Assembly (NCBI GenBank): GCA_964016885.1
Contig: OZ024742.1
Location: 6,014,001 to 6,078,000, forward strand
Length of the DNA stretch: 64,000 bases
Direction of reading: 5' to 3'
From: Eledone cirrhosa
Lineage: Eukaryota
The notes beneath the pieces are model-generated. The model ran no database searches, was not told where the DNA came from, and was given only the letters and a program-made list of their open reading frames with translations. Position 1 is the first letter of the stretch. The number at the start of each line of letters is the position of its first letter. Position numbers and translations under genes: made by a program. Of the stretch, positions 52,405 through 64,000 are shown piece after piece.

Positions 52405-55188
52405 TTTTTTTTTAGCCACAAGGGCCGACATGTAGGGGACAATACAAAGACAAGGACAGTGTGGGTTTACAATAACGTCGAGTAAAAGTGCACAATGGCA
52501 GGACTAATTTAACGATATAAAGATATAAAAAATATAAAATAAACTATGCATAAATATAACAAAATAAATTCCCCGAATGGGGGGTGGACGACCCAGGGGT
52601 GACTCGGGTACCCCACCAATCCTGATCCACCCTGCGCTTCTAGGACACCCCTCTCCTCAAGTTAGCTAGCCTATAGGCGCATTGTCAGAGTAGGCCCATT
52701 CACACGGGCCATTCTCGCCGCATTCACCCACCTTTTAGCAAATGTACTGGGCGGCAGCACTTCTCTCTCCACCCTCACCTTCCTTTCCAGGTGAAACTTG
52801 AAGAAGTTGATGAAGGATTGGCCGAAGAGAACAGTGTCTGTCTTCAGTCCTTTTAACCTGGTCCACCATATAACCTCTTTCGCAACTGCCATCAGACAGA
52901 TGAAAATTTCCTGCTCTTCCTGACCTAAGGAAGGCGGCAGGTCGATCGTCACTATGGACTCGACCGATAGCCGGATTCGTTCCACACGCGAAAGTAGCTG
53001 TTCGACATAAATCCACAAGTCAGTAATGCACGGACATTGGACAAGTTCGTGCAGAACGGTTTCGTCGTTCTGTGCGCATCTTGGGCAGGCCCGTCTGACA
53101 GCACTTCCGTGCCTGTAGAGTTTATCCCGGACCGGCAGTGCCCCCCGGTATTACTGCCAAGTGAGCGATTTCTGGAAATTGTCCATAGCGCCTGGCTCGA
53201 AAGTCCTCCGGTACAGACTGGTCAGTTCGACTTCGTCAAGGCCCAAAGCTTCTCCGAGTGCGTCATCGCACTTGCCCACCACTAATCCTCTATAGAACTC
53301 GAGAGTGGAAGTTCCACTGATCGCATTGTCCGCTTTGTAGAGGGCAGTGAGTGCCTGGCAACATTCCAGGTGCCAGTCACCCAGTCTCGGTCTCTTCTTG
53401 ACCCAGGACTGCAGCTCAGTCAAAGAAATGAGCTGCGGAAAGGCCCGTCTGATAAACGGCGACCACACCTGTTCACTGTTGAGGCAGAATATCTGGAGAT
53501 GACGCAGCCTCAACGCATGTCTGCGCATCATTAGCCACGGCATGCCCAGCCCTCCGCGGAGAGGGTGCGGCAGCAGATGAACCGCCTCACCAACGGAACT
53601 TATCCCCTCCACAAGAATTTGAAGAGGAGCCGTTCCAACTTGATGAGGCGCGGACGGGGGCAAGGCATGACGGTCAGGTGGTAGTAGATGACGGACGCGA
53701 TGTACGCATTCGCCACCTCCGCGCGACCTTTCATTGGTAGCTTCCTCCCGGCCCATTTTGGGGTGAGACTGGCTACTCTGCTCGTTATCTCGTCCCAATT
53801 CTTTTCCACCTGGAGGTCTGGTCCGAACCAAACCCCGAGCAACTTTACCGGTCCGTCCGTCCAGCGCTCCACGACGCTGTTGGACGGCATGGGCTTGCCT
53901 CTCCAGGTTCCGAGCTGCAAGCCCACCGACTCTTCCGGGTTAAGTTTGGCTCCTGTCAACCTTTCATATTCCTTCAATAAGGTGCCGACCACCTCGAATT
54001 CTGAGGTGTTCGACACCATCACGGTGATGTCGTCCGCAAAAGCCGACACCGCCTTTCCACGTCCCGGTTCGAGCGGGATGCCCTGCAACAGCTCCAGCTT
54101 CCGCAGTAAAGGCTCGAGATTCAATAAGTACAGAAGGGAAGAGAGAGGGCACCCTTGACGGACCGATCGGGAAAGCCGAAATGGTTCCGAGAGGTGGCCA
54201 TTAACCTTGATCACCTAGCGTGTGCCGCTGTGCATTGCAGCGATCCAGCTTCTGAAGACAGGGCCGAAGCCAGCTGCTTTGAGGACAAACTCCAGATACC
54301 GATGGTCGACCCTATCGAATGCTTTCGATTGATCTAAATTGATCAGTGCCCCACCGAAGCCAGGTTTACACCATACCCTCTCTATGATGTATCGCATGAG
54401 GTGGAGATTGTCGTGTATGGACCTGGCTGGGATTGCGCAAATTTGCGCCTCCCCAACCAAATCCTCGACGACAAGCGCCAATCTCTTTGCTAACACCTTG
54501 GCCAAAATCTTAAACTATGTGTTGAGCAGAGTTATGGGCCTGAAGTTGTCTAATGTATCCCTCTTGTTCTCGTCTTTCCTTCTCAGCGTCACCACTCCCC
54601 TGATCACAGAACTGGGAATACTCCCATTCTGCTGCCAGTTGCAGTAGAGTGCTTCGAGGAGTTCGGAGAACAAGTCTGGCATATTTACGTAAAGCTCGTA
54701 GGGCAGGTCATCCAAACCGGGTGACTTGCACCTCATGCAGCCGACAAGGGCGTCCTGAATTTCGGCTGAAGTAATCGGCCTTTCACAGCGCTCAGCGTCG
54801 ACCGTCGAGATGCGCGGCAAGCCGTCAAGATAGGGACTGAAATCCGCTACTCTCTCTGACTCGCCACTCTCCCTGAACAACCGAGCAAAGTGCTGGCGAA
54901 AGGCCTCACACATCCTCTTGGAATCGCTTATCTCGTGTCCATCTGGGTCCACCAAAGACCGAATTGTGGTTTTATTACCACGGTGCGCCTCCGCCACGCG
55001 GGCCCATCGAACAGCTTTGGTTCCCTCGTTTCTCAGTGCACGAGCCTTAGCTCTGACAATGCAACCTTCGTGTTTCGCATTGAAGAAATGGTCTAATGCC
55101 ATTCTCGCCACTAGCACGTCAGTTGCAATGCCACTACAAATAGCCTCGTCTAACTTATCTACCAGCTCCCCCTCCTTTCTATTTTTTT
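52405..55188 (-). mobile_element. Tx1/L1-clade LINE, 3' half (linker, RT, C-terminal zinc finger, 3' UTR, poly-A); disrupted
   Basis: KSPGLD.LPYE, FRPITLLNT, DQSKAFDRVDH, SVRQGCPLS, SAFADDITV, LGVWFG, CPRC...ETV.H...C; stop at 52671; A-tail at 52405-52413. Confidence 0.92.
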
Positions 55189-55209
55189 AAAAATAATAAC
55201 AACAATAAT

Positions 55210-55253
<44 letters not shown>

Positions 55254-55290
55254 GCGCACACACATAAAAATATCTACGCACACACGCACA

Positions 55291-55587
55291 CGATAGCAAT
55301 TAACAGCGCCGCGTCCGAATGTGGCTGTTTAGCCCAGCCAATGATCTAAAGTGTCTTGCACAGAGTTGGCAACCCATTTACTGGGAATAGCCGGCTGTGG
55401 TTGGAGTTCGTGTACTTTTGCATATCGCTTGAGCCCTCCTGCTGATTTACATTCTCTACCACATTCTTGGCAAGCATGATGAGTAGCATCTCCAACAGCA
55501 GCCTGGTAGTCAACCACTGGTCTTACTTTATGACTGCGAAGGTGACTTTCGAGTCCAGCTTTGCTTAGGCTGAGTCTCGCACAGACG
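55291..55587 (-). mobile_element. 5'-truncated copy of the same RTE family as 37612-38589 (zinc-finger end only)
   Basis: Highly similar to 38289-38589 (SKAGLESHLRSHKVRPVVDYQAAVGDATHHACQ), with a (GT)n tail. Confidence 0.9.
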
Positions 55588-55912
55588 TAAATATATAGAT
55601 ACAAATAAATTCACATATACACATACACACGCAATTATTCACACACACATATATATACATAGATACACACGTACAATGACACGTACACACACATACACGT
55701 ACACACGTACACACACACGTACACACACACACACGCACGCACGTATGCACACACACACGTACACACGTACACACACACACGCGTACACACGTACACACAC
55801 GTACACACGTACACACACACGTACACACTTACACACACACGTACACACACACATAACTATACACGGCCCAGTAGTAGTCAACTTAGTCTGCTCAAAACAC
55901 TTATAGTGATAA

Positions 55913-56295
55913 TAATTGTTTCTACTTTTGGCACAAGGCCAGCAATTACACAGTGTATTACTGGTACTTTATTTATCGACCTCGACACGATGAAAGGCAA
56001 AGTTAATCTTGGAGAGATTTGAACTGAGAGGAGAGAAAGTCGTAACTAAATATCACACATAATTTTGTCCAACGCTCTACCGATCCAGTTTCATGATTTC
56101 TAACCAAAGCACAAGTCCGACAATTTGTTGGGAGGTAAAAATCTGTTACATCTACATCAGTATATAACTGGTATTCTATTTTATCAACCTCAGAACTATG
56201 AAAGGTAAAGTTGATATTGGTGGGATTTGAACTTATAACACAGCGCAATGTGTACTGTGAAGGGTCCTATCCGATGCTCTAACCATTCTGCCAAG
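55913..56295 (-). mobile_element. Two tandem SINE copies (55913-56086, 56095-56295)
   Basis: Each has tail gcacaag.cc..caatt, core ctggta...tttatc and B-box gatttgaact. Confidence 0.8.
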
Positions 56296-56319
56296 ACACA
56301 TTCCTAACAACAAAAATAT

Positions 56320-56988
56320 CAAGACAGAAAAACCGGTGGAGCGTCTGACAAAATGATTTGCATTGGTGGATTGGCAGTATCGGTAGAGGGTCAGACGCCA
56401 TGCTTTGCAGCAAAGAGTTACGGCCCTTTATGGTCTGAGTTCAAATCAGCCGAGGTTAAATTTGCCTTTCATCCTTACGGAGTCGATATAATAAAGTACC
56501 AGTAATACACTGGGATAATTGCTGGCCTTGTGCCAAAAGTAGAAACAATTATATATTCCGGCCCTTAACTTTCTCACTTCCGAGAAAATAAAGAGTCGGA
56601 GTTCAAATCCCGCCGAAGTCAATTTTGTCTTTCATCTTCCCCGTGTCGATAAAACAAAGTACCAGTAATGCACTGAGGTCAATTTAATCGACTGTCTAAT
56701 TCTCTCCAAATTGCTGACCTTGTCCCTAAATCAGAAATCCATTATTACAACAACTTGCATAGGGTGATGGATTGGCAGAATCAGTGGAGCATCGGACAAC
56801 ATGCTTTGGGGCATATAGTTACGGCCCTTTACAGTCTGAGTTCAAATCCCGCCGAGGTTAGCTTTTCCATTCATCCTTACGGAGTCAATAAAATAAAGTA
56901 CCAGTAACACACTGGGGTTGATTTAATCGACTTCGCACCCCCCCCCCCCAATTGCTGGCCCTGTGCCTAAATTAGAAACCATTATTAT
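56320..56988 (+). mobile_element. Three SINE copies: 56364-56550 nested in an older copy (~56320-56745), plus 56764-56988
   Basis: Three B-boxes gagttcaaatc and three cores; a head remnant at ~56325-56360 continues at ~56556. Confidence 0.82.
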
Positions 56989-58918
56989 TGTTACTATCGG
57001 TACGGAGAGAGAAGCTATGACATCAAAAGATCACATGAGTATAAATTACCCCGAAATAAAAACATCTAGATAGAAAAGAAAATTTAGAAGTTACCGTGAG
57101 ATCAAAATTAGAAGAAAGAATAAAGAAACCTACGACAAAAACAGCGGAAAATACGAGTTTTTGATAAAAAAAATATATTTCTATTTTCTAGCTTCAGTTA
57201 TTTATGAGATCGAAGATCGATCAATCGAATCATTTAATTAAGCAATCAGTTTGTAGAAAAGATTGCAGCCGTTAAAGAGTCGAACGAAATATCCTGCGTT
57301 CTGAGGGCAAATCCCACCGAGATCAACTTTGCTTAGTTACCTTTCACGGTCGATAAATAAAGTGTTAGACTGGAGAGGTCGACTGGTACAATCGATACAG
57401 TATTTGTTGAGGCTATTTAAATCCTACCGGAGTCTATTTAGACTTAATCCGTCACCTGGTTTCCTATCACAACCTAGACCTTCAGTATCTTAGAGGAGTC
57501 AGGCCAGGTTTCTGGTTTGGGTATACTCTCTTCCCTCTCTCCAACTAGTTTCAGAGGCATTGAAATAAGGGTCATGGCGTTGAACTGGGGTCGATTCTTC
57601 CTCTATATCTCTTTTTCACTTCCTCATTCTCTCAGTCCGCTGAATGAAATCAGCTGTTTCCTACCTGGAGAGGTGTTTAAAACACACCATATGTTACGAC
57701 GGCGCTCCAACGATTCCATCAGGAATTATAAGTCCATACATACATCTGGCTATACACCCATAGAGTTCTGAAGTTATATACCATCCAGGTACCCTCCTTT
57801 CCTTCTCCCAACGGTCGATAAAAGAAGTACTGGGTTTGATCGTAATCAAACACACAATAGAAATCCGTGCTCCAGTATGAGCAGAACCCAATGAATGAAA
57901 CTAGAAAAGAAATAAAAGAATTTGGCAGATATTGAACTCGATCCAGAGGTGTGACTTTACCCCAAGATTTAGAAACATTTGTTAAATTATAGATTTTTAA
58001 TAGATAGCAGCTGAAGTCGATAGATGTTAAACTCAGCCCGGGGAATTTACGAAAATTTAACACCGAGACTTCAGCTTTCTCTTACAAGTTATAGACCAAG
58101 AAAATATTTTTTTAAAATAAGCATTTGATTTATTATTCTGCAGGATTCCCCCCTCTCTACACTTTATGTTCTACAACCTCCTTCTAATGCTATGTAATGG
58201 AAGATTTCTTCAGTCAATCGGCAATGACAGCAACTGTAAGCATATCTCCCTGGTTAGAGAGCATCAAATTAAATCATATTCCGCCGTCTTATGTAAGTAT
58301 ATATGAAAGAAGAAGAAAAAGAAGGAGAAGAAAAGATGATATTTCTCTTTCTACAAATGTTGGCCAACTCAAAATTTGTGACTTTCCGTTTATTCAAAGT
58401 AATAACACATAATCAGCTCAGTTTTCTAAGAGCTTGCCAGATTAACTTCAACCAGCAATATATCTTTTCCCCAAAGGTCACCTGACTTGAGCAGCTGTAG
58501 ACGTCATACTTTGACCTAAGGGACGTTCTTAGATTTTTGCTATTGTTGACTAAAATCTCGTGGCTTTTGCACCGTTTCAAAACTAATTGCTGTATAGAAG
58601 CGAACGACTTCGGTACTGCTTTAGTGAAACCTAAACATTATGGAAATCTTTTAGAACGGTTAATAACTAACGTAGGTAAGTTAATTCCTGACCATTTAGG
58701 AAAATGGTTTTTGCTGTATAGAGAATTATTGATTGGTGGTTTGTGTTGAATATAAAGTTCGTTTTATCATAGAATACTTAGATATACGATACTTAATATT
58801 GAAGACTTGACTTTTACGAAAGTAACATGTCGTGTAACTGTTGTGTAAATACACGGTGGCTTGTAAATTAAATCACTTGTGTTCCTAACAGTGACTCTGA
58901 TGTATATTGAGAACTATT

Positions 58919-59106
58919 ATGAATTGGCAGTATCGGTAGAGGGTTGGACGCCATTCTTTGACGCATAGAATTACTGCCCTTGCCATTCTGAGTTCAAATC
59001 CCGCCGAGGTTAACTTTGCCTTTCATCCTTACAGGGTCGATAAAATAAAGTACCAGTAATGTACTGGTTAATTGCTGGCCTTGTGCCAAAAGTAGAAACA
59101 ATTATT
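58919..59106 (+). mobile_element. SINE copy, short form, near consensus
   Basis: TGGCAGTATCGG, GAGTTCAAATCC, GCCTTTCATCCTTACAGGGTCGATAAAATAAAGTACCAG and tail. Confidence 0.9.
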
Positions 59107-59751
59107 ACTAAGATTGTTGCACCACCGAACACTGGGTATTGGGTTTCGCTCATGCCATATGCCACAACCATTCCGTTAATTATAGATAGGTATCGGTGGC
59201 TAAACACACACACAGGCTCTCACTCATACACACATACACACATACACACATGCATACACATACACACTTACATATGAGAAAAGTCAACAGAAAAAAAACA
59301 GTAGAGCAATACTGTACAGTGACGATACATATTAGTTTAACGCTTGATATTTTAGGAAATGATTCTTAACATTTCGGAGTTTAACACCCTCCTCCCCCAG
59401 TTAACGCCCCTCCTCCTCCCTCAGTCAATATCATGCTGCATTTTTTGTTCTCTCTCTCTCTTTTTTTCAACAGAAAAAAAATGTCGATTTTTACAAAATT
59501 TCAGATTTCCTGGGCGGAAATAACCCTTGGGTGTGTTTAGCATTCCAAGAAACTTAGCTCAATAATGTATACCAGTTACTCCACTAAATTGGGAAGAAGA
59601 AGAAGAAGAGCGGTATAGAAATGAGATTCTGTATTAGAAATTGTTCGCCAATCCGGAATATAATATCTAACCTAATTCGACCACCGCTAGTCCGGAACCT
59701 AAGTTTCATCCCGATCTTTTAATCTGACCATCGGAAATAGACGTAAACGGA

Positions 59752-59995
59752 AGACAACCAGCGACTACACCGACTACCAACGACAACCGACGACGAATGA
59801 CGACTACCAACGACTACCAACGACAACCAACGAAAATCAACGACGATCAACGATAATCAACGACAACCGACGACGAAAGACGAAAATCAACGACTACGAA
59901 CGACTACCAACGACAACCAACGATAATCAACGACGACCAATGACGAAAACTAACGACAACTAGCGAGCGACAACTGATGGTTACCAACGACAACT
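59752..59995. repeat. Degenerate 10-bp tandem repeat (CAACGACWAC)
   Basis: About 22 units such as caacgactac, caacgacaac, caacgataat. Confidence 0.85.
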
Positions 59996-60249
59996 TCCAA
60001 CTAAGACAATATTTTCGGACGATAATCAATTAAAAATTGTCAGAAAACAAATTAATAAACAAAAACAGACAAAAACAAACCTACAAAAAAAGAAAACAAC
60101 TTTACAAAAAACAACAACAAACAACAAAAAAAGAAGTCGTGTGTGTGTGCATACAGATGCCATTGTATATGTGTGTGTGTGTGTGTTCATACGCATGTAA
60201 TTGTATGTGTATATGTGTGTATATAATAATTGGATCTATCTATCTATCT

Positions 60250-63148
60250 CTGGGAAGGACACACGCGTGAAACTTGCTGAGTAAGTTCTGCTTAAATTTC
60301 TATAGAAATTCTTGACTGTAAACCTTCATTTTTGTACAATTTTGTAGAGGAACTGCCAGGTCAAATTTTGATCTGGTCAGTCTCTCAAAATATTCTACGC
60401 CTTTAGGCGAAATAGTTAACAAAAAGTTTTTTTTGAAAAGCTAACATTTAAAAAAAAATGGATGAACCTTCTTCACCAACACTCGAAGGAGGAAAGGGGA
60501 AGATATGCTTACAGCTTCCCCCTGCCACTGTCATAGTAGCAGATGTCAAAGACAAAGGTCAGCCAGAGGAAGGATTTTTTCCACCTGCTAACTGACAACT
60601 TGACGTTTCTATGGCAACAAACCAAAAGTGTGAAACAATGAACAAAACCAACACAACCAGCGGCACCAGCAACAACAATAACAACAATGCTACGAACGAA
60701 AACAACACCAACAACAATAACAACAACAAGAAGACCAATAACTGTGATAACAACAACAATGATAACAACAACACCACCAACTGCAACAGCAACACAAACA
60801 AGGAAAAGGTTTCCTTCGCCCAGACGGCAAGGAAAACCCTCGACTATCTGCCAGTAGATATAAGCGAAGGAGCTACTGGCAGATGCCCAAAAATACATAG
60901 TGTACGGGGAAATGGATCATTTTCGATCCACCCCACCCCTCGGAACTAAAAAGCCAGAGACTCCTAAACACTGTCATGTTTAGGACAGTCTCAAACAAAA
61001 TCAAAATACCAGCTCAACCATCACAGAGTGAGATAGAGCTGGTTTTAAAAGATGTCATGAAAGACATCATATTCATCCAGAAGCATAGACTCTACGGGAG
61101 TCTATCCATTCTCACGAAGGACAGGGTCACAGCAGTGAAACTGTCCATCAAACCAATCACATCCACCGCATACACCTTCTACCCTACGTACATGGGTAGA
61201 AGGACACAACAAATAAAAATTCACACCATCCTTCCGATTATGGACATATGGTGGGTATTGACAGGTTTCCTGGACCTAGACGATGACACACTAATATCCA
61301 TGGGAAAGGAATCGGGTGACGCGTTCAGTGGAACGGGCCTCGAACTTGTAGTTCAAATGAGGCCCGAAAGGATCGCCCAGATCCCTGAACGCGTTATACT
61401 GGATGATCAAATTTTATCAACATTACCGTTGAGGGTAGGCGGCCCTCGTGTTACCTCTGTGGAGCCAGAGGTCACCTGAGGGCTGTCTGTCCTCAACTTA
61501 AAAAGAAAACCCCAATCCTGCCTACACCACCAACAAGTGCACAACCAACACAATCACCACAACCACCACTACAAAAACAACAACCACAGCTCAAACCAAA
61601 ACAAACCACTGTCCAACCCATCCCCCCCTCTAAAAAAAAACAATTTCCAAAACACCCGCACCGCAAACACAACCCGAAAATCTACCCCTCCCCTCCAACC
61701 CGGAAGATGACCTTCGTTCGTCGTCAGACAAGGAGGAGGACTTCCACACAATCAAAAGAAAAAAAAAGAAAACACACCTCAGACACACAAATGAAAACAA
61801 CCCCTCCGGAAAACATAACACTGACACCAACACAAAAGAGCACACAACAACAGCAAACAAAAAACACCACACAAAAACAAAAACATGCATACACATACAT
61901 AAACACAAGAAATAAAAAAACTGCTAAACATTGTGTACAACAACAATTTAGTAAAAACCCAAGGGCCTAATTTCACCCAGGCAGGGGATTTCCCCCTCCT
62001 CAAAATGATTAAGGCCCCAGAGGACACATATAAAACACTAAAAAACAACGTCGGTCCCATTAACCGCGTTCTCCTAAAAACTTGCCCACCCCTCCCCAAA
62101 CACTCACACAACTCCAAACACCCCAACCACACAACACACTGATGCCTCCACACTTCCACAAACCATCACCCCACCCAACAACCCATCCCCCACCCTCATG
62201 GAAATTGTGCAGCCCGTTACCCGGGACGCAGAGAGGTAAGAGCCGTTTCTCTTCACCACCAACATGGCTATGCTAAGAGTAGGCTGTCTAAATGCGCGTG
62301 GCCTGGGCTCAACTTGGAAGCAAGCAATGCTTCTAAATGACCTCAGGTCACAACGTATATATGTGATGGTTATTTGCGAGGCCCGGATCAGCAACGTGCG
62401 ACAGCTGGCCCCCACCTTTGATGACTTTGAGATGCACGCATCTCTCTGTCAGCCCGGAGGTGGGGGTAGGGTTGTCGTTCTGCTGCAAAAACATCTGGGT
62501 CTCGCAACACAGACGGTACATTTGGACCCGGAGGGTCGACTAGTGGTTCTGGACCTTGGCAGTGGTGAAGGCGGAGCGTTTAGGTTGGTAGCCGTCTACG
62601 GCCCTTTCGGGTCAATGCGGCCGGACTTCTTCCATCGTCTGGAGACTTTTCTAGGGACTAATAGCTCCTTGCTATTAGTGGGGGACTGGAATGGTATCCT
62701 AGATGCACGTTGGGACTACGTAGGGGCCTGTCCCGATAGAGAGGGGTGTAATAGCCTCAAAGGGTTAATCGGTCGATTTGACCTGGCCGATAGATATCGA
62801 CTAGATTTTCCGACTACGCCAACCTGGACTTGGGCAAACCGCAGCGGATCATCTAGGCCATACCTAGATAGGTTCTTAGTTAGAAATAAGGATAAGGACT
62901 TTGTAAGTTGTCCAAAAATGCGCATGGTTGGCTATTCAGACCACAAGTTAGTGACCTGCATGGTCAACCTTGACAGAACGCATAGACAAGGACCCGGTTA
63001 CTGGAAGCTCAACTTGTCCTTACCGGCAAGTAAGGCTTACAGGGACCGGATTAGCACTTTAGTTAAGGAGCGGTTGACGGGCGCCATCGTCAACAGCAGG
63101 TGGCGGGGATCTCTCAAAAGAGAGATTAGAGTAGTCTCTATAGAATTT
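60250..63148 (+). mobile_element. Tx1/L1-clade LINE, 5' half (5' UTR, disrupted ORF1 with CCHC knuckle, ORF2 APE endonuclease)
   Basis: TVEGRRPSCYLCGARGHLRAVCP at ~61424-61493; ORF2 from 62264 has VGCLNARGL, VAVYGP, LLVGDWN, YLDRFL, YSDHKLV and GYWKLN; similarity stops at SIEF ~63148. The 5' boundary is approximate. Confidence 0.88.
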
Positions 63149-63254
63149 AGGACACAAAAAATAAAAGTTCACACCATCCTTCCGATTATGGACATATGGT
63201 GGGTATTGACAGGTTTCCTGGACCTAGACGATAACACACTAATATCCATGGGAA

Positions 63255-64000
63255 AGGCGACGTCCCGTCTGTCCGACTTATGTCGGACAGACGGGACGTC
63301 GCCTGGCGGACCGAGTCACGGAGCACCTCCGGGATATTCGTCTCGGGGGCAGTTCCCCCATCGCCCGCCACTTTGGTGGCCCTGGACACTCCGCACGCCA
63401 TCTCACAGTCTGTGGCCTACTCCAGTGCCACGGAACACCCGCCCATCGCCTTACGGTCGAACAACGAACTATCTTCATCTTACAGACCCACGCTCCCCCC
63501 GGCCTGAACTCCCCACCCTTATTCCTTTAGCGTTCGACCGCCCCCCTCTCCCCACACTTATCCCCCACTAACACCACTAACACACCCCTCCTTTTCACCG
63601 CCCACCCCACACTAACAATACTAACACCTCCACTCCACCCCTCATCTGACCACCCTTCCCCAACTAATATACTAACATCCCTTCCCTCCCCTCTTCTCCT
63701 CCTCCCCCATCCTTATCACACGCACACACGCACCCACTTACACCACCCACCCACACGCAACTAACATCACTAACACCCCCCCAACCCCACGCACACGTAC
63801 CCACACACCCTCGTACACCACCAACTCTACACACCCTACCACCACTAACCCCCACTCACACCTGCATTCCACCCCTCCCCACCTACCGTATACTAACACC
63901 CACTAACACCTCTTCACCATACTACACACACACCAGTACACCACACTCCCTCCATAGAACCACACACACCCTTCTCTCCCCGCTCCACCCACACCCCCGC
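63255..64000 (+). mobile_element. 5'-truncated Penelope-like element: GIY-YIG C-terminal half (63279-63530), 5' hairpin, C-rich 3' region
   Basis: Frame from 63279 reads YVGQTGRRLADRVTEHLRDIRLGGSSPIARHFGGPGHS...EQRTIFILQTHAPPGLNS...*; perfect 23-bp inverted repeat at 63255-63304. Confidence 0.85.

Noticed and set aside
58919-59010. tRNA genes at SINE heads
   Set aside because: A and B boxes are present but there is no cloverleaf, and each is followed by the SINE core and tail.
62264-63571. 435-aa ORF as a novel endonuclease fusion gene
   Set aside because: It is a rearrangement chimera: LINE APE domain, a duplicated ORF1 piece, then Penelope sequence read out of frame.

Overview
Gene-poor, repeat-dense animal DNA, most likely an octopod cephalopod (inferred from the recurring tRNA-derived SINE and microsatellite load, not confirmed by search). 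Bases 1-~32,300 are one satellite array of the 9-mer ATTGCTGT(T/C), organised in nested higher-order repeats (HORs). Two complete ~12.2-12.5 kb units are present (7378-19576, 19577-32036). Each contains 171-bp, ~0.55-kb and ~2.2-kb sub-duplications and ends in a copy of the array's degenerate right border. The giant IAV, TA(I/M) and N(D/N)S ORFs are a consequence of this repeat, although the Thr-Ala-X frame resembles antifreeze glycoproteins. Bases ~32,300-64,000 are transposon debris: about 12 SINE copies, a Penelope-like element with an inverted terminal repeat, a 5'-inverted RTE LINE with tandem C2H2 fingers, a hammerhead-ribozyme remnant, and a 6.4-kb Mutator-like element (171-bp TIRs, 9-bp TSD) packed with fold-back repeats and cargo fragments. 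There is also a Tx1/L1 LINE apparently split by an ~8-kb inversion, and a hairpin-capped GIY-YIG fragment that the ORF track misses. No intact host protein-coding gene could be supported.
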